Shown: one piece after another, positions 11,708-19,537 of the stretch
Numbering within the stretch: the stretch's first letter is position 1
Layout of the letters: the number at the start of each line of letters is the position of its first letter
NCBI GenBank assembly: GCA_048128005.1
Contig: JBEUKZ010000058.1
Location: 365,967-385,966, forward strand
Origin: Veleropilina oligotropha
Lineage: Eukaryota
DNA: 20,000 bases
Direction of reading: 5' to 3'
Position numbers and translations under genes: made by a program
The notes under the pieces: model-generated
Seen by the model: the letters and a program-made list of their open reading frames with translations, nothing else
What the model was told of the DNA's origin: nothing
The model's database searches: none

Positions 11708-12902
11708 GCCTTTATGTGCGAGGTGACTGGCTAAATACTCTATCTACATTTAATTTGATTTAACGAAATAATATTGACTTTGCAACGTGGTCATCGTGAG
11801 ATTCGTATTTTATATCAAGAAAAGAAACGATATTTCATTAATTGAATCCCTGATTTAATGACTTTTGTAGTTTCTGGTCCAAATAGAACAGCCACTTTTT
11901 ATATTTCTCGATTACTTTATCCGGAGGTACCGTTAATGGAAATCTGTCCCATTGTTGCACCAGACACGGCGTTGACATGGCAACGACAACATTTTAAGAT
12001 ACGGATTTTCACCCTCCGTGACACGAAAAGTGAGGACAAGCAGAAAGATTGTATTTTACCGTCAAGGGCGCTTGTAATTGCGATATGAGTGGGTATCGCT
12101 TCCAATTTTGTCACGTGCGTCGTTTAATGACACGTTGTTCATATGAGCGAGCGGGTTAAATTAATTTACCAGGATTTAATACACGATATAATTTCATAAT
12201 CGATAATTTGGTGCACGTTGGTAAATCAGGATTCACCATGAGTCACTACTGTCAACTGCCCTCGATGTAGCCTACACGCTTTAAGCTGGTGCTACTTATA
12301 GGTAATTACACCCACATTCACGGATTAAAACAATTATATGATTCAAAGGGACCAAATGCCAAAGTTAATCAGCATTTTATATGCTTAGCACGATATTGTT
12401 TATACAAATCTAATTCTTTACGCTGGGTCAACATGGAGTCAAATTTGATATTGCTACTTAACTGCGTGTACTGTCGTTGCAAGTTACACCATCACTTAAA
12501 ATAAGGACATCTTCCGACGTCGCGACCACATAAGACGTCACAAACGACAACACACCTTTATAAATGTCAAAGTAATATTCAAAATTATGGTAGGGACCAT
12601 TTTATAATTGCACAAAATTCCATCGTTTATATATAGGATCCTCTCACTAAATATCTTCCCGGTCGGAAATGAAATTGGTACACTTGTTAAACAACATTGA
12701 TTTTAGCCTCGGGCAAAGTTACATCTGTTTTCAATTACAAGGAAGTATTTTTGCCATTGCGTCGAGTTATAACCCATAGAAGACACTTCCTTTATCGATA
12801 TTCAGTTATATGCACCTGTAAATTTATTTGCTGCTCTCGGAAATAATGTGTTTTGTCAATATTTTTTTGTCAAAAATTATTGAATATCGCTTTATCATTT
12901 GA

Positions 12903-13308
12903 ATATCCATGGCCATACAGAGAGGCTGTTTATATCCATGGCCATACAGAGAGGCTGTTTATATCCATGGCCATACAGAGAGGCTGTTTATATCCATGGC
13001 CATACAGGGAGGCTGTTTATATCCATGGCCATACAGGGAGGCTGTTTATATCCATGGCCATACAGAGAGGCTGTTTATATCCATGGCCATACAGAGAGGC
13101 TGTTTATATCCATGGCCACACAGAGAGGCTGTTTATATCCATGACCATACAGAGAGGCTGTTTATATCCATGGCCATACAGAGAGGCTGTTTATATCCAT
13201 GGCCACACAGAGAGGCTGTTTATATCCATGGCCATACAGGGAGGCTGTTTATATCCATGGCCATACAGAGAGGCTGTTTATATCCATGGCAATACAGAGA
13301 GGCTGTTT
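12903..13308 (+). repeat. 29-bp minisatellite ATATCCATGGCCATACAGAGAGGCTGTTT x14
   Basis: 406 bp = 14 x 29, near-identical units, no spacers. Confidence 0.97.
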
Positions 13309-13602
13309 CTACGTATTGAACAAAACAATCATAAGCGTCATCAAATTACAAATTTAAATACACTTACTGTACATATGCTTAAACATAGGTACTTATTTAA
13401 AAGACCGCATTTCAATGTCTTATTAATTAGGACCGCTTAGAAATTATTTTCAAGGAAATTAGTTTATTGATACTTGGGAAGAATAGACGCATACGTTGCC
13501 TTTCTACAATTCAATTTCATCCATGTAGATCGAATTATAAAGTATTTGTATGTCAATGTTCTGCGAAACACACTGCATCTTTTGGTTGCATATTACATTA
13601 GA

Positions 13603-13795
13603 TCTCCTGCACAAAGATGATATTACTCCCCCCCCCCCCCCCCCCCACACACACACAACTATCCCGCACAGAGAAGACATTACCACCCACCCCACAAACA
13701 TAGGAGGACATTACTCCACACACACAACTCTCCTGCGCAGGGAGGACATTACTCCCCCCCCATACACAACTCTCCTGCGCAGGGAGGACATTACT
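13603..13795 (+). repeat. Degenerate minisatellite of about 40-50 bp (CTCCTGCGCAGGGAGGACATTACTCCCCCC..ACACAACT), cut off at 13795
   Basis: Four to five variant units. The last ends at ...GGACATTACT, where the expected C run is replaced by AGTAGTAGT. Confidence 0.8.
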
Positions 13796-13832
13796 AGTAG
13801 TAGTGACGTGGTTTGAGGGTCAGATTCGGGTT

Positions 13833-14080
13833 CTAACCCTAGGTTTTGGGCGTTTCCCCTAACCCTAACTAGGTCAACCCTAATTGGGTCAACCCTAATT
13901 GGCATGCCTAACCCTAATTGGTATGCTAAACCCTAATTGCCTAACCTCAACACTAACCCCAGCCCTAACCCTAATTGGGTCAACCCCTAACCCTAAGTAG
14001 GTCCCAGCCCTAACCCTAATTGGGTCAACCCCCACCCCCACCCTACCCCCAGCCCTAATTGGTATACCTAACCCTAATTC
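13833..14080 (+). repeat. Degenerate telomere-like array (CCCTAA with ATTGGGTCAA/GTAGGTC interruptions)
   Basis: Many CCCTAA/AACCCT hexamers. Same family as the 19188-19537 array but more diverged. Confidence 0.9.
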
Positions 14081-14232
14081 AACTCCCATATATCACCAGT
14101 ACGAATCTGATATCAAATAGTATTATTCATTAAGACTAAACTCTGTAATCCGCTATCATTATATGTTACATTCTGATGTAATATAGTGAAAAATCACAAT
14201 GTATAAGCAGATTGAACCGACAATCTATGGCA

Positions 14233-14600
14233 TTGGGGGTGGGGGCATACCCCCCGGGCACTCCACCCTGTTCCGGGGGTGTGGGGCCAGTATAACCCTA
14301 TGTTTTCACCATTTAACCCAAGGTTTTCACTGTTAGTTTTGTGCATTTCCCCCCGGGGGTGGGGTATTGGGGTGGGGGCATACCCCCCGGGCACTCCACC
14401 CTGTTCCGGGGGTGTGTGGTGGCAGTATAACCCTATGCTTTCGTCGTTTAACCCTATGTTTTTGGTGTTTAACCCAAGGTTTTCCCTGTTAGTTTTGTGC
14501 ATTTCCCCGGGGGTGGGGTTTTGTCAGGGGTGGGGGCATACCCCCGGGCGACCCAACCCTGTTCCCAGGGGCGGGGGTAGGTATAACCTTAGGTTTCCTC
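14233..14600 (+). repeat. Three GC-rich subterminal direct repeats (period about 135-155)
   Basis: GGGGTGGGGGCATACCCCCCGGGCACTCCACCCTGTTCCGGGGG at about 14236, 14369 and 14527, each followed by TAACCCWAKGTTTT-type motifs. Confidence 0.9.
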
Positions 14601-14802
14601 TGTCTAGATGAACTATATTGTTCAGTGTTTATTCAAATGTATTTTCCAATGCTATAGACATTGCCGAGTCATATTGGAAGGTCTGCAATTTGGGCGAATT
14701 TGTATGTATACAGCTGTCATGCGACATGTTTGTTGACGTGAAAGCCTTTGTTTCGGATTAAGCGAATAAAGCGATTAAAATCGACTTATAAGTAAGTATA
14801 TA

Positions 14803-15034
14803 CGATGAAATTCAACAGATAATGTCATTTGAATACGAAATATACCTATAATCATTTTAAGGTTGGCATAACATCGAATTATCAGCGGAAAATTGCTATC
14901 GATAGCGTATTAGTCGTATATGGTTTGTTGCTATATTTAGCGAATACTCAATAATAACAGAATGGTATGTAGATAAATAAATAGCGATGAGATTCAACAG
15001 ATATAAGGTCATTTGAAAACGAAATATGCTTATA
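14803..15034 (+). repeat. Two diverged direct repeats of about 48 bp
   Basis: GATGAAATTCAACAGATAATGTCATTTGAATACGAAATAT at about 14803 and GATGAGATTCAACAGATATAAGGTCATTTGAAAACGAAATAT at about 14986. Confidence 0.7.
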
Positions 15035-15429
15035 CACTGGTATAACGAAGAATTATTAGTTAATTATTAGCGATTATGAATAATTCTCAACGCTAATATA
15101 TCAATATGACCAGTACGGGATCACAGCATACAGCATTAAAAACAGCTCTCAGTCTGTCATATTAACTGAATTGCCGCTTATATATATATATAGTTTGTTG
15201 TAACTATTTATAGATTATGACTAATCCGTCATTACTGTGATTTCAACTGATTGCGCAATGTCATTTGGGTAAAGCTGGGAATTTCCATAATCCCTGCATT
15301 CTTGCACTCATTCGTTATTTTTTAAGAAAATTCAGATATCAGCCTAAATGCTTTCATATAATGATAAATAAATAGTAAATACCCTCTCATATTAACCAAA
15401 ACGGGAGGGGGGATAGATCTATGATTGAA

Positions 15430-16210
15430 CCGTTTAACATTTCCATTTGATCAGACGAATTATGGGGCGGATAACTGTGATTTAACCAGGTGCTATTATC
15501 CCTATATGAATAACATATACTGTTAGTTAGAGAGGTTATATTTATTACATTTCCACATATGAAGCATATTATTATATATATATATATATACCCGCCTGTT
15601 TAACGTCTGTATTTGATCAGCCTAATTAGGGGGAGATAACTGTGTACGGTTTCTATTACCACTTATTTGAAGCTTATATACTGTTAGTTAGAGAGGTTAT
15701 ATTTATTACATTTCCACATATGAAGCATATTATTATATATATATACATGACTGTTTAACGTCTCTATTTGATCAGCCTAATTAGGGGGAGATAACTGTGT
15801 ACAGTTTCTATTACCCCTTATTTGAAGCTTATATGCTGTTAGCTAGGGAGGTAATATTTATTACATTGCCACATATGAAGCATATTATTATATATATATA
15901 CCTGACTGTTTAACGTCTCTATTTGATCGGCCTAATTAGGGGGAGATAACCGTGTACGGTTTCTATTACACCTATATGAATGACATATACTGGTAGTTAG
16001 CGAGGTTATATTTATTACATAGCCACGTGTGAAGCATATTATATACACGTCCGATTAACGTCTCTATTTTATTGAACGAATTAGGGGGAGGCAACTGTGT
16101 TCAGTTTCTATTACCCCTATATGAATAACATATAATGATAATTATATTTTTCAATGCAGTTTGTGATGCATATATTTCATATCGGACTGTTTATCATCTC
16201 CATTTGATCA
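15430..16210 (+). repeat. AT-rich tandem repeat, period about 155-161 bp, about 4.5 copies
   Basis: TACTGTTAGTTAGAGAGGTTATATTTATTACAT...GAAGCATATTA(TA)n...ATTTGATCAGCCTAATTAGGGGGAGATAAC recurs at about 15518, 15679, 15834 and 15988. Confidence 0.92.
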
Positions 16211-16276
16211 GATGAACACAAGGTTTACAGTATATCTGACCGATATATTTCATCTATTATTTTAAGCGGAAGCATA

Positions 16277-16358
16277 TGCCGCCGGCTGGCCTCGAACCTG
16301 AGCCATCCTGGCTGCCTCGGTTGAGTGTCTGATGCGCTAACCACTCGCTCACCGAGGC
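16277..16358 (-). ncRNA. tRNA-like / Pol III-promoter-like sequence (not a canonical tRNA)
   Basis: Minus strand GCCTCGGTGAGCGAGTGGTTAGCGCA...CAGGTTCGAGGCCAGCCGGCGGCA has A-box-like and B-box-like motifs and a bulged acceptor stem. The anticodon arm does not pair. Confidence 0.45.
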
Positions 16359-16865
16359 AGTTATTTGATTATGATTAGATGAACTATATAAGTGTTATAT
16401 AGTGATTTTTTCACCAAACAATTATATATTTACATTGGCAGGTCATTGTTTATGCTGAAGGTTCATAACGCATCTGATCATATTGTCGTCAACTGATTAT
16501 TTATACGTCCGTGATGTTACTATATATAGTCACATTGTTACTATAAATAGCCTGTTGGGTTTTTCCATCATTACATGACCGGAAGTGAACGCTGATTGGC
16601 TGTTGAAACAGAGAGGATGGCTGTGTTTGGCTGTTGCCATCGCTCGATAAGAGGCGCTCGCTGATTGGTTAATCTGGTAGCTGCTTTAATTACATTGAAT
16701 CATATGTTCACATATACTATTCATAGTGATTAGTTTTACCGCATGACATTTCTATGTCATCTGCTATGCTCTCTCAGTAGTATATTTCACACAGACATTG
16801 TCAATAAAAACAAATCAATTATTATATTTATTATTTATTAATCACTTTCATTATATTAAATACAT

Positions 16866-18143
16866 TTATTCATTGTCTTCATCCAGCTCCATGCTGTCTC
16901 CTTCACCTTCAGAAGATTCAGTTTGCCAGTATGTTTCGATTTCAGGTTGTAATTTTGTCACGGCCATATTGATAGAGGCTTTTGAACCATGACCACGTTC
17001 TAAGTATTTATCCATTTTGTCCAACACCTTATTATGTACTTTTCCGTGTCTTAATCTTTTAAGGTAGAACAGTATTTCCTTATATTTATTCATGACTTGT
17101 ACTAAATCCTCAAGATATAACTTGTCGTTTGTTTTTTCCGCGGCCTCTTCGTCGTTCAACCCTTCCTTGATGTATCTTTCATATTTTCCTTCAAAGAGTG
17201 CTTTATTTTGATCATGGCTTAACTTCATGAGTTGATCAAACACTTTTGATTCTTCATCAATCATTTTTGATTCTTTATTGATTATGTCCAAGTCTAATTT
17301 TCTTTTTTTAGAATTTCCATGACACCAATCTTTTATATGTTCTTGTAAGCTTGAACTATGATCAAATAATAAGCCACAATAATTGCAGGCGATCATGTCT
17401 TCCTCTTCGCTGCTGCTATAATAATGATCAATCTCTGATACATGTTGCTTTATATATGGGTTATATCCACCTGCTATAACTGGATCATTTGTCTGTGCGA
17501 GCCTCGTTTTCGATTCATCATTGAAATAATGTCTCTCAAATACATTTGATCGAATTCGATTCATTTCAGGTGTATGCACTTTAAAATCCAGCAGTATATA
17601 GCCATAGGGTTCTTTCGTTGCATCTTCAAATTGCTTCATGAGTTTGTCTGGACTTCCAGGATACATTTGTCTTGCCAGTGTCATAACAAGTTGCTTGTCA
17701 ACAGGACTATTGAATAATATCAAGTATTGACAATTTCTTCGCTGTGTGGGGTCTTTAGAGTGATACAAGTTTTGATTAATAGCTATAACTGAGAGATTTC
17801 TATGATGACTGCCTTCTGTGAATAGATCAGTGATGCTTTCATCTTTACTGGTCATGAGGTCATCCAGTACAATAACATTTCTTATTCTTGGATCTAAGAA
17901 TTCATCATTGGCAAGGTCTGGTGGAATTCCTTGCATAAATTCAACAGAAATACTAGTTTTGATGACATCGTACAGTGGCTGCCATCTTTTGTATAACCAA
18001 ATAATTCTTTGTGGTGCAGGAGAGATAAGGGCATGAAGTAAATATTTTTAACTAAGTAAGTCTTTCCAGATGATGTCGGGCCTGAGACAGTCAATGTAAA
18101 GGGATGTTGTAACTGAAATGGGGTGTAAGAAGGTGGTGGTGGT

Positions 18144-18181
<38 letters not shown>

Positions 18182-18346
18182 CGGTGGCGGCGGCGGCGGC
18201 GGTGGTGGTGGCGGCGGTGGTGGCGGCGGCGGTGGTGGTGGGGGTGTTGGCGGGTAAATGATCTCAATGACATGTTTTTGGTTGAAATGTCTCAGCAATA
18301 CATCTCGTCTAGAAAATGTTTTGAGGCAATCAATACACTTATGCAT
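16866..18346 (-). pseudogene. A32/FtsK-HerA-family viral DNA packaging ATPase of Polinton type, with N-terminal C2H2 finger and polyproline and a C-terminal zinc-finger/helical extension; one frameshift near 18040
   Basis: HPFTLTVSGPTSSGKT (Walker A) in ORF 17894-18379. Shifting frame near 18040 gives ISPAPQRIIWLYKRWQPLYD...EFMQGIP, which joins ORF 16866-17936 with VIVLDDLM (Walker B), LFTEGSHHRNLSVIAINQNLY, RRNCQYLILF, LARQMYPG and PYGYILLD. ATG at 18346 overlaps the upstream stop. Confidence 0.9.
18131..18244 (-). repeat. Mixed CCA/CCG triplet tract encoding 38 consecutive prolines
   Basis: 114 bp of GGT/GGC triplets on the + strand, in frame between the zinc finger and Walker A. Confidence 0.9.
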
Positions 18347-18776
18347 GGCTTCCTGGAGGTCCAGAAAAAAGACTTCCAATTACAAACTTCTTTTGTGGAA
18401 CAATCTTCGATGTGACCTCCTTGACCTCTTTTGATATACTGATATATTTTCTCTTCTTTCCCCTTTTTGTTTCATTTCCAGCTTTTATCTGTTTTCTAAT
18501 TTGAATAGGTTTATGATCATTCAGCTTTATCATATTCTGTTTTGTCAATTCGATGTGGGGAACGCCCTCTTTTTCATCTTTTTCGTGTTCGACTTTTGCC
18601 CTTTCGTTCACTGCAGCCATCGGGGTAGTCATGGGGATCATGTAGGGAGTTCTATATATGCCAGCCATGCCTCTTTTTTGTGGATAAGGAGAATATGAAC
18701 TGACTTTACCATCGTATAAATCTTTATATATCTGATCCCATTGTCCTGGCACACTAACATATAGTTTTCCTGACAT
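18339..18776 (-). CDS. Polinton-associated hypothetical protein, Lys/Arg-rich C-terminal half (possible DNA-condensing core protein)
   Basis: Intact 145-aa ATG ORF overlapping both neighbouring genes, with basic tracts (IRKQIK...KRGKKRK). The function is inference only. Confidence 0.7.
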   Translation of the reverse strand: MSGKLYVSVPGQWDQIYKDLYDGKVSSYSPYPQKRGMAGIYRTPYMIPMTTPMAAVNERAKVEHEKDEKEGVPHIELTKQNMIKLNDHKPIQIRKQIKAGNETKRGKKRKYISISKEVKEVTSKIVPQKKFVIGSLFSGPPGSHA

Positions 18777-19161
18777 GTTTAAAATGAAGTGTCACCGTCA
18801 CTGTTTCGTTCAGAAATGAAGCTTTGTTGTCATTAGCATCTTTTATATACAAATGGATGTGGTGCAATCGGCTCTGCTTCAACGGAATATAATATGGATT
18901 TTGATATATTACAGAACTGCTATTTGTAACTCGTCTTAATAATGGCACCTCTTTGCCTCCAACAAAACTTTCTGTACACGCATCGAAATATACGTATAGA
19001 TCTCTTCTGAATTTGGACTTTTTCCTCGAAAATTCCGTTAATGCCACAGACCATCGACCATCAAAGTTTACTTCTCTATCCAATTGCACGCGAAAATCAT
19101 AGGGCGTATTTTCAAAGTAAGCAGAGCTGTCAGTAGACGTCAACACCATACGAATGCTCAT
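18754..19161 (-). CDS. Minor capsid protein (penton, single jelly-roll) of Polinton/adintovirus type, minimal 135-aa form
   Basis: Family-typical motifs recognised by eye: LTSTDSSAYFENTPYDFRVQL...GRWSVALTEF, LYVYFD...SFVGGKEVPLLRRV, YYIPL...IHLYIKD, VTVTLHFK. Confidence 0.85.
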   Translation of the reverse strand: MSIRMVLTSTDSSAYFENTPYDFRVQLDREVNFDGRWSVALTEFSRKKSKFRRDLYVYFDACTESFVGGKEVPLLRRVTNSSSVIYQNPYYIPLKQSRLHHIHLYIKDANDNKASFLNETVTVTLHFKHVRKTIC

Positions 19162-19187
19162 CGTGAAATGACAATATAACCAAATAT

Positions 19188-19537
19188 CCTAACCCTAACC
19201 CTAATTGGGTCAACCCTAACCCTAAGCATGTCAACCCTAAGTAGGTCAACCCTAACCCTAAGTAGGTCAACCTTAACCCTAAGTAGGTCAATCCTAACCC
19301 TAAGTAGGTCAACCCTAACCCTAAGTGGGTCAACCCTAACCCTAAGTAAAGTAGGTCACCCTAACCCTAAGTGGGTCAACACTAACCCTAAGTAGGTCAA
19401 CCCTAACCCTAAGTGGGTCAACCCTAACCCTAAGTAGGTCAACCCTAACCCTAAGTGGGTCAACCCAAACCCTAAGTAGGTCAACCCTAACCCTAAGTAG
19501 GTCAACCCTAACCCTAAGTGGGTCAACCCTAACCCTA
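19188..19537 (+). repeat. Telomere-like 21-bp tandem array (AACCCTAACCCTAAGTRGGTC), about 16 units
   Basis: On the G strand the unit is TTAGGGTTAGGGTTGACCYAC. Confidence 0.95.

Noticed and set aside
12903..13308. CRISPR array
   Set aside because: Units are contiguous with no unique spacers, there are no cas genes, and the context is eukaryotic.
12853..13440. ORFs of 195, 136 and 81 aa as genes
   Set aside because: They are translations of the 29-bp minisatellite, with the same peptide cycling through frames.
14194..14611. Overlapping 102- and 110-aa ORFs
   Set aside because: Both are internally repetitive translations of the GC-rich subterminal repeats.
16277..16358. Functional tRNA gene
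   Set aside because: The anticodon stem cannot pair and the acceptor stem needs a bulge. Kept only as tRNA-like.
18091..18273. His/Arg-rich protamine-like ORF
   Set aside because: Alternative frame of the polyproline triplet tract.
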